DNA of 22,827 bases from Promethearchaeota archaeon. Its GTDB lineage: Archaea; Asgardarchaeota; Lokiarchaeia; Sigyniarchaeales; SOKP01. Below, in pieces: positions 7,373 through 15,954 of this stretch. Within the stretch, counting starts at the first letter, position 1; each line of letters begins with the position of its first letter. The notes under the pieces were generated by a model that was given only the letters and a program-made list of their open reading frames with translations, was not told the DNA's origin and ran no database searches. The DNA is taken from NCBI GenBank assembly GCA_029838195.1, contig JALGVJ010000050.1, positions 1 through 22,827 of the forward strand, in the 5' to 3' direction. The translations under genes and the position numbers were made by a program.

Positions 7373-8857
7373 ATGATAGGAGCTATGAACGATAAAGATA
7401 TGATGAAAATTTATAAATGGGGGGAAGAATTTTCGAAATTTTCACCAAGAATTCCCGGGACTGATAACATGGAAAAAGCTCGCGATTATATCATCACTAA
7501 ATTGGAAAATTTCGGCTTAACCGTGAGCACGGAACCTATTAATTTTAGAGGTGTTTTCTTTTCTAATTGGGAATTAAGGATAATTTCGCCCAAAGCCTTT
7601 AGCTTAATTTGTTGTCCCCAAAATAATGTTGGTTTTGGAGAGGTAGAAACTGAGATCATAGATATTAGAAAAGGGAGGGATAAAGACTATCAAGGAAAAG
7701 ATGTAGAGGGAAAAATTGTATTGATAAATTGGGGATCTCTAACCGATCATGAAATTCCTTGTGGAACAAAAAAACGATATCCATTATTGGCGTCTTATGA
7801 TCGAGCTTTTCAACATGGGGCTGCTGGAATGATTGGCTATTTCATGGATACCCCTGGCAACGCTCTTAAGATCCTTGAACCCGGGATTAAACCCACGGGA
7901 GGAAGTAATATCTCAGGTCCGGCAGAAATCGGCCCTCATAAACAATACCAATTCCCCGTGTTAACAATCGGAAAAAAAGATGCTTTTTACCTCAAGAAAC
8001 TCCTTTCAAAAGGGCCTGTAAAAGCCAAACTCAAAATCGAAGGCAAGCGTAAGGTTTCTACTACGTGGACCATTATCGGAAGACTAAAAGGATGGGGCAA
8101 GCATTCCTTTCTCATCGGTTCACACTATTGTTCTACATTTGAGGGCGCAATCTGCGACACCGTAGGCGTGGTGGGAGCGCTAGCATTAGCAGAAAAATTC
8201 TCTAACGTTCCCCTTCATGAAAGACCGAAAACCATTTATTTTATTTTCTCGGGAAGCCACGTCTGGTTGAATTGTAATGTTTCTTCCACGAATTTCATCA
8301 AGAATCATCCGGATATCATATCTAAATCCGTTGCAATGCTATGGATGGATCATATTTCCAATGTTCATGCTATTAATGGAAGAGAAGTGAGCCGGCGAAA
8401 ATTTCCCTTAAGAGTGGGAATCACCTCGGACAATTTAATTCTCTTCACGTTAACATTTTTTTCTATGCTAAAAAATAAGCGCTTCCCACTTGCACTTCCC
8501 TTGAGTAGACTTTGGACGTTTTGTGAAATGGGCCCTTTTGACAATATTGGAATTCCCGTCATGTGCCAGCAAGTGCTCGGAGAATTCATGTTAACAACCG
8601 AAGATACATGGGATAAGATTAATCCCGAGCAATTATACAGAGATATCTCCGTTTATGAAACAATAGCTCGATGGATTCAAGGTCTACCAGGTACTCTACT
8701 CAAGCGATTTGAGTTTCGCGGACGTTCCTTTTTCGGCTGTGGGGTATTGTTTCCCCTTCCTTCCTCAGCCTCTTATGGTAATAACGAGCAGTATATTGCT
8801 GAAAAAGCACCTCCACTAATAAGGGGAGGATTTTCAGAACCTTTAAGGCAAGTTTAA
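7373..8857 (+). CDS. M28-family (Zn-exopeptidase fold) protein with PA insert; non-canonical active site
   Basis: PRIPGTDNMEKARDYI (M28 N-terminus); PA domain DYQGKDVEGKIVL..AFQHGAAGMI..FPVLTIGKKDA; IGSHYC, GAICDTVG, RPKTIYFIF, MDH and TEDTWDKI. Confidence 0.8.
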   Translation: MIGAMNDKDMMKIYKWGEEFSKFSPRIPGTDNMEKARDYIITKLENFGLTVSTEPINFRGVFFSNWELRIISPKAFSLICCPQNNVGFGEVETEIIDIRKGRDKDYQGKDVEGKIVLINWGSLTDHEIPCGTKKRYPLLASYDRAFQHGAAGMIGYFMDTPGNALKILEPGIKPTGGSNISGPAEIGPHKQYQFPVLTIGKKDAFYLKKLLSKGPVKAKLKIEGKRKVSTTWTIIGRLKGWGKHSFLIGSHYCSTFEGAICDTVGVVGALALAEKFSNVPLHERPKTIYFIFSGSHVWLNCNVSSTNFIKNHPDIISKSVAMLWMDHISNVHAINGREVSRRKFPLRVGITSDNLILFTLTFFSMLKNKRFPLALPLSRLWTFCEMGPFDNIGIPVMCQQVLGEFMLTTEDTWDKINPEQLYRDISVYETIARWIQGLPGTLLKRFEFRGRSFFGCGVLFPLPSSASYGNNEQYIAEKAPPLIRGGFSEPLRQV

Positions 8858-9001
8858 ACTAACATGAGATTTTCTATGGGGCCTCACGAAAATGCAAGGT
8901 ATCAAGATTTTTTCCAATCTATTTTTATTATTAAGTTTATATTAAAAATTAAGCCATTGATAACGCAATTTAAATGGAATGACGCAGATTTTAATTTATC
9001 C

Positions 9002-9061
9002 TAAATCTATAGATTTATCTTTTACATGATCTTATATTAAATTATAGGGTAAATATTTACC
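9002..9061. promoter_or_regulatory. Two perfect palindromes upstream of hxlB (candidate operators)
   Basis: TAAATCTATAGATTTA (9002-9017) and GGTAAATATTTACC (9048-9061), both with TAAAT/ATTTA arms. Confidence 0.35.
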
Positions 9062-9064
9062 ATC

Positions 9065-9712
9065 ATGAACATGAGTGAATTAAAAATTAATACCGAAAAA
9101 GTAAATGGCAAAACAAAAAGAATCCTATTTCAATCGTTGGATATTTTATTGAGTAATTTGGAGGCAAACATCGAACATCTCGACAAACCTAAGAATTTCA
9201 AATACACTCAAAAATTTATTGACATTTTATATGAAGCCATTTGTTCTAAAAGAAAATTTTTCTTATTAGCTTCCGGAAGAAGCGCATTTATCTTACAATG
9301 TTTTGCCACGCGCTTGGTCCATTTAGGAGCAGAAGTATATATTATTACGAATTTAGCTAGTAATCCCGCTATTACTGAGAATGATATATTAATCGTTCTT
9401 TCAGGTTCAGGAACCACCCAAATCGTTGTAAGCTTGCTACAAGATGTTGTCAATACATTGAAACCTCATGCTATTATTTCCATTACCAGTCATCCAGAAT
9501 CTATTGTTGGGCGTATGGGGGATGTTACGATAAAACTTAAAGGAAGGACAAAAACCGATAGAGATCCAAGCAAGGACGCTATTTTGACACCAGAGGGTAC
9601 GATGTTCGAAATGGCAGCTTTTTGTTATCTTGATGCTATTATCGCAGAATTAGCAATCAAGCTGGGAAGAACAAATGAAGATCTTCTTAAAAAACATGAT
9701 CGGAGCACGTGA
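9065..9712 (+). CDS. hxlB: 6-phospho-3-hexuloisomerase (SIS domain; RuMP pathway)
   Basis: SGRSAF..FATRLVHLG, NPAITENDILIVLSGSGTT, ITSHPES and TPEGTMFE..YLDAII. Confidence 0.88.
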   Translation: MNMSELKINTEKVNGKTKRILFQSLDILLSNLEANIEHLDKPKNFKYTQKFIDILYEAICSKRKFFLLASGRSAFILQCFATRLVHLGAEVYIITNLASNPAITENDILIVLSGSGTTQIVVSLLQDVVNTLKPHAIISITSHPESIVGRMGDVTIKLKGRTKTDRDPSKDAILTPEGTMFEMAAFCYLDAIIAELAIKLGRTNEDLLKKHDRST

Positions 9713-9923
9713 ATCTATAGAATATTGGAAACTTGCTCAAAAATAAGAAATGAGTATGTTCCATGAATCTGTTTTTTCTTCATTCTGGTGGATGTTAAAA
9801 TTGCTTTTATCCTTTTCAATTATATTTTAATTTTGAAATAATGACTTTTGGATATTTAAGATTATTAAGTAAAGAAAAGAAAGGAAAAATGAGGATTACG
9901 CGTTCTAGAATATGGACTATAAT

Positions 9924-10814
9924 TTAAGAGAATAAAGCTCCGAGAGCGCCCGCATGTAGGGAGTTTTTTAAAAAAATGGCTTTTTTTTTATAGATTTTAC
10001 AAAGGAGAGATAAGGTATTTTTTAAGAGCTTATTATTTTCCAAGAATCCTCCAAAAAAAACGATATTTTTTACATCATGACATTCTGCGTATTGAACTGC
10101 TAATGAACCAATGTTTTCAGCAATCATGCACGTCAGCGATGCGATCACGTCTTCCTGGTGAATATTCTCTTTCTTGATCATGGTAGGGATTTTACCTAAA
10201 GAGGCAGCGGTAAATTCACGGAAGAGAATATCGATCCTTTCATCTCGCCGGTCATAAATATCGGATACTTTTAGATCTACATTATAACGATTACCTTTAG
10301 CAGATGATTGAATTGCCACCGTGAAATCCGTGATATCATATAATAGATTAACCATTCCCATAAAAAATCCGCCTCCCAAAGCCGAGCCTCCAAGATGGAA
10401 CGATTTTCCTTCTTCTTGCAGAACCATGGAAGTTCCCGTTCCCAAACAGGTGAGAAGTGCCTTATTGAGCCTCTTTTTCTTATACAATTCATGCAAAAAT
10501 TCAATGCCTTTCAAATTAGCGTCAAATTCTTTTAAGAGAGTAATATGAATGGTTTGTTGGAATTTCATGAGCAGATTATAGCATTTTCCCCCCGTTAGTT
10601 TTAGATGAGAAAATAAATTATTATTTTTTTCAATAAACTGTTCTAATTTTTTAGAATATTGTTCAGTAGCAAGCGTATAAAGCACGATATCATCTTGTTC
10701 CTTTAAAGCGATTTTTATTAAACTTTGCCCCATATCGATACCTGCAATAGAGCTAGGAATTTTAAATTCCCTCGGTATTTGGATTTTATCGTATAGAAAA
10801 TGTTTTAGGAACAT
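9924..10814 (-). CDS. coaW: Type II (Fumble/CoaW-like) pantothenate kinase
   Basis: GIDMGQSLIK, LTGGK, EFDANLKG, LGTGTS, GGSALGGGFFMG, KGNRYNVDLKVSDIY, TAASLG, ENIG, FFGGF and HAGALGA: the full type II PanK motif series. Confidence 0.9.
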   Translation of the reverse strand: MFLKHFLYDKIQIPREFKIPSSIAGIDMGQSLIKIALKEQDDIVLYTLATEQYSKKLEQFIEKNNNLFSHLKLTGGKCYNLLMKFQQTIHITLLKEFDANLKGIEFLHELYKKKRLNKALLTCLGTGTSMVLQEEGKSFHLGGSALGGGFFMGMVNLLYDITDFTVAIQSSAKGNRYNVDLKVSDIYDRRDERIDILFREFTAASLGKIPTMIKKENIHQEDVIASLTCMIAENIGSLAVQYAECHDVKNIVFFGGFLENNKLLKNTLSLLCKIYKKKAIFLKNSLHAGALGALFS

Positions 10815-10935
10815 TGTAAAAGATTAATTTAAGTTTTTTATTATCTTACATTATTTAATCATGGAATTATAAACACGTATTGTACATTCCAAGAAAATAT
10901 TAATTTTTTAAACGTAATAAAGTTGAACCAATAGA

Positions 10936-12354
10936 ATGCGAGTGGGGGAGAATCTATTGAGTGTTGCTATCGGAAAAGATAACTCGCTGAATATTGCTTT
11001 TTCAAAAGGCTTAGAAAAAATCGGCGGAATTCATTCAATCGTAGAAAAAAATGATGATGTTTTCATAAAATTTAACATGCCATGGTGCCACGGGTTTCCG
11101 AAGAGACCAAATATTTCACTCATGAAACTCCTTATTGAAGCATGTAAAATAGCAGGAGCGAGAAAAATTTTTTTAGGAACTTTTATTGATGATGACGTTC
11201 CCTTCTACATCGTTTCTGAAATGTTAGAAATGGGAAAAATAATGGAAAATCTTGGAGCAGAATTGATTTTTCTAGATAAGAGTGATTATCTTTTTAAGAA
11301 AAAAATTAAAAAAGAACAATTGAAAGAGTTGAAAAAGAATAGTTATACCTTGAGAAAACATGAAAATAGGACTTATCAAATTCCAAGTGAGCTACTAAAA
11401 GTGCAAAAATTCGTGATTGTCAATCAAGTTTCTCCCAATCCTATATTTACTTTAGATTTAAGCATGTTAAATTATCTTACGTTAATTCCAAGAAATCAGG
11501 AGGGAAAAAGCACTTCTCTACAAGATAGAACTCAATATTGTATAAATGATGGATACAAGAAGTCCTTGCTTACTACAATATTTGATATTTATTCCATGAT
11601 GCCTTCCCATTTAGTTATTAATGATCTTTTTTATCTTCAGGAGGGGGCTGGTCCTTGTATTCATGAGGATTCTCAATTGAGAAAGACAAATTTTTTAGTA
11701 ATGGGAAAAAATCCATTGGAAGTGGATTTTATTACATTGAAACTATTGAAACTTGATCCAGAATCCCATGAAATCGTGAAGGAAGCAATGAATAGAGATA
11801 TGCTTAAGGGAAAAATATGTGAAGGTAGTTTTCTCAATGAATTTGATGAGGATTTTCGTATTCCTTTTAAATTACCTGCCAGAAATCTAAGTAAGATAGG
11901 AACACTAAATTTTTACATTAAGCAAGGTACTTCCTGTTCTGGTTGTTATTTGAAAGCCTATCAATTGTTAAATTTATTGAAAACTAAAATGAACAAGGAT
12001 TTAAAGTATATTAAAAAAAATTGGTTCGTGTTAGGAACTAATCCTCCTTCCATAGCATCGTGGAATGAGAAACAAGATAATTTTATTTTATTTGGCGATT
12101 GTGCCATCAAAACCACGCTAACTTATGAATTTAGAAAAATATCTAAAAAAACACTGAAAAGCATGAAAAAAAGAAAAAATAAAAAAATTTTAGAATTGGC
12201 GGGCTGCCCTCCAAAAATTCCCGAATGTTTTTCAACCTTAATAAAATATTTTAAGAAAAGCAACATGCCACTCACGACGCTATATATTGAAATGTTAAAT
12301 GCAATAGATTTTTTTAAAGTACGCAAGAAATTTCGAGAATGGGAGGCGTTATAA
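10936..12354 (+). CDS. DUF362-domain protein with C-terminal Fe-S-type cysteine motifs
   Basis: IGGIHSIVEKNDDVFIKFN (KPN-like), EGAGP, NPLEVD; C-terminal CSGC, FGDCA and LAGCPP. Confidence 0.75.
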   Translation: MRVGENLLSVAIGKDNSLNIAFSKGLEKIGGIHSIVEKNDDVFIKFNMPWCHGFPKRPNISLMKLLIEACKIAGARKIFLGTFIDDDVPFYIVSEMLEMGKIMENLGAELIFLDKSDYLFKKKIKKEQLKELKKNSYTLRKHENRTYQIPSELLKVQKFVIVNQVSPNPIFTLDLSMLNYLTLIPRNQEGKSTSLQDRTQYCINDGYKKSLLTTIFDIYSMMPSHLVINDLFYLQEGAGPCIHEDSQLRKTNFLVMGKNPLEVDFITLKLLKLDPESHEIVKEAMNRDMLKGKICEGSFLNEFDEDFRIPFKLPARNLSKIGTLNFYIKQGTSCSGCYLKAYQLLNLLKTKMNKDLKYIKKNWFVLGTNPPSIASWNEKQDNFILFGDCAIKTTLTYEFRKISKKTLKSMKKRKNKKILELAGCPPKIPECFSTLIKYFKKSNMPLTTLYIEMLNAIDFFKVRKKFREWEAL

Positions 12355-13937
12355 TGGGTTTTTCAAAAACAATCATATTAGAATGGAAAAAAATTTTAGA
12401 TTTTAATAACCAACTTCAATTGCTAAAGGAGCCTGAAGTCAGCGAAGAAATCCTGAAAATCCCGTTAACCCCTTTTAGAATAAATGGGTTCTTGTTTCAT
12501 TCTCTAGTTAAAAGCTTATATCCAAGATTTATCACTGATAAGAAAGATATATTAGATGTGATCATCTCCAAAGAGCCTTCTGAAATCAAGAATCTTTATT
12601 TTTATAGGACAAGTGAACCCGGTATCCAAACTTCCTTTGAAAAAATTGATGTTTCGTTAACAGATCTTTCTTTAGAAAAAATTGAATCCCCGGCCACCCT
12701 AGCAAGAAAGCTCCACGAATTTCTGTTGAATGAAAAAGGAATAAATGTTGGTTCTATTAAAATAATCCAAGAAGAAATAATGTTTGAGATAAACAAATAT
12801 AACGAAAAATTAGAAAATGTCTCTCTGGAAGAATTTATTCTCTCATTTTTAGACCTTTTAGAAAAAATAATTAAAAAAGAACTTATTTTTATTTATCCTC
12901 TTCCTAACATTTATTCTTTCTTGAGAAATTTGATCTATTTCCTTGAACCCCTCACGCTTTCAACCATCTATAAATTCTTGGCAGAATTAATGCCAGAAAT
13001 GAATACCTTAATCATTTTTCAAGATAAAAATGTCAAGGGCCCCATCCTTTTTAAAAATATAAAAAAATTGAATCAATTTAATCAATATCATTTAGAAATT
13101 CTCAATCCTGCGGCTTTAAGGTTAAAGGAAGAAGATTTTGAAGAAAAGAAGGTATTAGTAGAAATTTCCCGAAAATTAAATGTCAAAAACATTTACTATT
13201 TCCCATTATCTTATTTTTATACCTTTTTTTCTAACTTATTTGAAATGCAAATTCCATTTGAAAAAGAACAAATAAAATTAATCCTACAAAAATTCTTTTT
13301 TGGCTTAAGAAAATTAAATGAATATTGGTATTGTTATCCTCTTCCTAAAGCAAGTTGGAATTTAGCGAGATTTTTAGTTCGAATTTTTTTCACTCTTAAT
13401 ATTAATTTTAAAAAATTATCTCATTGGGCAATTCCTACACTGATTTTTGAATTTCTCCTCCCAATTTTAGATTTGTCTTCCAATCATCTAATCATTTTGA
13501 CTAAACGAGAAAAATCCTCCCGAATTAAACCCAAGAATAATGATTTTTTGAAAAAAACCTTCAGAACAGCTTTTCTTATTGAAAGTGAAAATAAGAAATT
13601 AAAAAAGATTCATCCCCTCTCTCAGCACGATCTTTTCTCACAAGATCATCTAAATGATATTAAATCCATTTTCATGCGCTTTACACGAGAGTGTATTCCT
13701 CTCTCTTCAATCATCGTTTTGGATTACTCTTTCATGAATGCTTTTATGAATAGCCATGTTAGATCCTTTTACCATTTCAATCTTTATTCAAAATTAAAAA
13801 CGATTAGAATGTTAAAAAAAAAATATAATTTTGACATGTATCCTAAATCTCCCCTTTACAGCTTGATAACGAGAAAAAATTCTTTCTCCCTTTTCAAAAT
13901 AATGATGAGAATTTGCGTGGATAAACATGAGTTTTAA
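12354..13937 (+). CDS. Hypothetical protein (527 aa), translationally coupled to the DUF362 gene
   Basis: Long ORF. ATG 12354 overlaps the upstream TAA (TAATG) and has GGAGG at 12342-12346. No motif recognised. Confidence 0.8.
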   Translation: MGFSKTIILEWKKILDFNNQLQLLKEPEVSEEILKIPLTPFRINGFLFHSLVKSLYPRFITDKKDILDVIISKEPSEIKNLYFYRTSEPGIQTSFEKIDVSLTDLSLEKIESPATLARKLHEFLLNEKGINVGSIKIIQEEIMFEINKYNEKLENVSLEEFILSFLDLLEKIIKKELIFIYPLPNIYSFLRNLIYFLEPLTLSTIYKFLAELMPEMNTLIIFQDKNVKGPILFKNIKKLNQFNQYHLEILNPAALRLKEEDFEEKKVLVEISRKLNVKNIYYFPLSYFYTFFSNLFEMQIPFEKEQIKLILQKFFFGLRKLNEYWYCYPLPKASWNLARFLVRIFFTLNINFKKLSHWAIPTLIFEFLLPILDLSSNHLIILTKREKSSRIKPKNNDFLKKTFRTAFLIESENKKLKKIHPLSQHDLFSQDHLNDIKSIFMRFTRECIPLSSIIVLDYSFMNAFMNSHVRSFYHFNLYSKLKTIRMLKKKYNFDMYPKSPLYSLITRKNSFSLFKIMMRICVDKHEF

Positions 13938-13977
13938 ACTCCTATTTATCCTTAAACAAGCAAAAAGGAGATTTAGT

Positions 13978-15036
13978 TCATAAATACTTCTTAGCAATTA
14001 GATATTCTGCACTTAAAACGCCGCCTCTACCCGCACCAAGCTCCGTATTATGACTCAAGACCGTATATTTTAAACCATGCTTGAAATTCGTTTTTTCAAC
14101 TCCGCCTATGAATGTATACATGCCGTTCTTTTTCTCCGATAAATCAATTCGAGGCTGAGGTCTATAAGGATCATCAAAAACCTTAATTGGAGGTTCAGGC
14201 GCATTTGGCAAGCCCAATCCAGAAGTTTCTCCCTTGAAACGGCTCCAAATGGATTTAATTTCTTCAATTGAAGAAAATTCTTTTTGAGTTTGAATAAAAA
14301 CACTTTCCATGTGGCCATCAATCGAGGGAACTCTATTACACTTGCAATCAATAGTAATATCTGGTAATTGAAATTGCCCATTTTCAATGATACTTAGTAT
14401 CTTTTTTGTTTCTTTTATTACTTTTCCCTCTTCTCCCTCTATGCGCGGGATCACGTTAGCAATGATGTCGTAAGAAGGAACTCCCGGATATCCCGCCCCT
14501 GTTATGGCTTGCATGCTTACCATGTGAACGCTTTCTATTCCATATTCTTTAAAAATGGGATAGAGAGAAATCACGAGACCCACCGTCGTACAGTTAGGTC
14601 CTGGCAATATAAAACCCTCCCACCCTCTATTTCTTTTTTGAACATCCAGCATTTCATAATGAGGGCCATTCACGATGGGAAGGTATATAGGCACGTCGGG
14701 TTCATACCGATAGGCAGAAGCCGTGGAAATGACGGGCGTTGTTTTTGCCAATCGTCCTTCAACTTCTCTTGCTTGTGAGCTTGGTATCGCTGAAAATATA
14801 ATATCCGTCGATTTTATATCAATATCTTCCGTATCCCGCACTTTTATTTCCAAAATCTCTTCGGGATATTCAAAACTGGTCAAGCCTCTAATCGACTCTC
14901 CATATTTTTTCCCCACCGAGCTATGGCCGTGAAGTGAAATAATATCAAACCACGGGTGGTTCACCAGAGCTTCCATGAATTGTTGGCCTGCCATGCCAGT
15001 TGCGCCAATAATGCTGACATTGTATTTTTTTTTCAT
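13978..15036 (-). CDS. asd: Aspartate-semialdehyde dehydrogenase (archaeal/fungal type)
   Basis: IIGATGMAGQ Rossmann motif, STASAYR, catalytic PNCTT, MQAITGAGYPG, CNRVPSIDGH, RPQPR and SHNTELGAG. Confidence 0.95.
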   Translation of the reverse strand: MKKKYNVSIIGATGMAGQQFMEALVNHPWFDIISLHGHSSVGKKYGESIRGLTSFEYPEEILEIKVRDTEDIDIKSTDIIFSAIPSSQAREVEGRLAKTTPVISTASAYRYEPDVPIYLPIVNGPHYEMLDVQKRNRGWEGFILPGPNCTTVGLVISLYPIFKEYGIESVHMVSMQAITGAGYPGVPSYDIIANVIPRIEGEEGKVIKETKKILSIIENGQFQLPDITIDCKCNRVPSIDGHMESVFIQTQKEFSSIEEIKSIWSRFKGETSGLGLPNAPEPPIKVFDDPYRPQPRIDLSEKKNGMYTFIGGVEKTNFKHGLKYTVLSHNTELGAGRGGVLSAEYLIAKKYL

Positions 15037-15200
15037 TTTTAGATACCTAAAACATGTTTGTATTGAATGCGTTCTCGTGATTTAATGATTTAAAATTTTT
15101 GAATTTTACGAAATAATTCAGAATATAGAATATCCATCCGTCCAACAGCTTTACATGTAAAAAAAAGAAAAGAAAAAAAGAGAAAAATTATGATACAAAT

Positions 15201-15683
15201 TTAAATTGTAAATTCAAGTTCAATATTAGGAATTTGTTCTGAATCGATTTTTAATACATGTTTACCGGGAGTTAATTTTTCCATGAATGAAGGGGGCATT
15301 TTAAATTCTATAGAAAATCCATCGCCCATGGCTATATTTTTGCCTCCAGCTGTTCCTTTCAAGAGGGCGTCTATTGTAAGGGCTTCACCTTTTACAATTA
15401 TTTTCATAGTATCGAGAAATTCTCCGAAGTTAATCGCTTGAGGTGAAATATCTATTTTTTCACCGTCAAGAGTGAGTTCTAAATAATTAGAGGGGTCAAT
15501 TTGTTTAATATCTACATCTCCAAGATTAATTTCTTTAGGAAGGGAAAAGGGTTGTATGACATTCACTCCCGTTATTTGGATGAGATTGTTTTCCTTAATG
15601 GAAACGCATGTTTTAGGGGGAAATACTTTTTTAATTATGCTTTTTGGAACTTTAAAATCTTTGAGGATTTCTTTAATATCCAT
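15201..15683 (-). CDS. Hypothetical protein, probably beta-rich
   Basis: 160-aa ORF with host-like composition, C-terminal LTPGKHVLKID, and a T-rich tract downstream on the minus strand (15159-15187). Confidence 0.7.
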   Translation of the reverse strand: MDIKEILKDFKVPKSIIKKVFPPKTCVSIKENNLIQITGVNVIQPFSLPKEINLGDVDIKQIDPSNYLELTLDGEKIDISPQAINFGEFLDTMKIIVKGEALTIDALLKGTAGGKNIAMGDGFSIEFKMPPSFMEKLTPGKHVLKIDSEQIPNIELEFTI

Positions 15684-15954
15684 GGCGCATCCCTATTTTA
15701 TTTTTTCTTACTTTACTTTCATTCTAGTAATTTTTTTAATTTAAATTTGTTCTTTACATGGTCATGGAATTTTTAAATTCTTCTTGATTGATGATGGAAT
15801 GAAATTCCATGAAAGAGAATTTATATTAATTTTTATTAAGAAATATTTAAAAAATTAAAATGTTATTTTATGTTCAGTAAGGATATATTATAAAGAAAAA
15901 TTTCATGATTTTTTCAAGAATGAAATAATACATTCAAGCGGATTTCGAAATACC

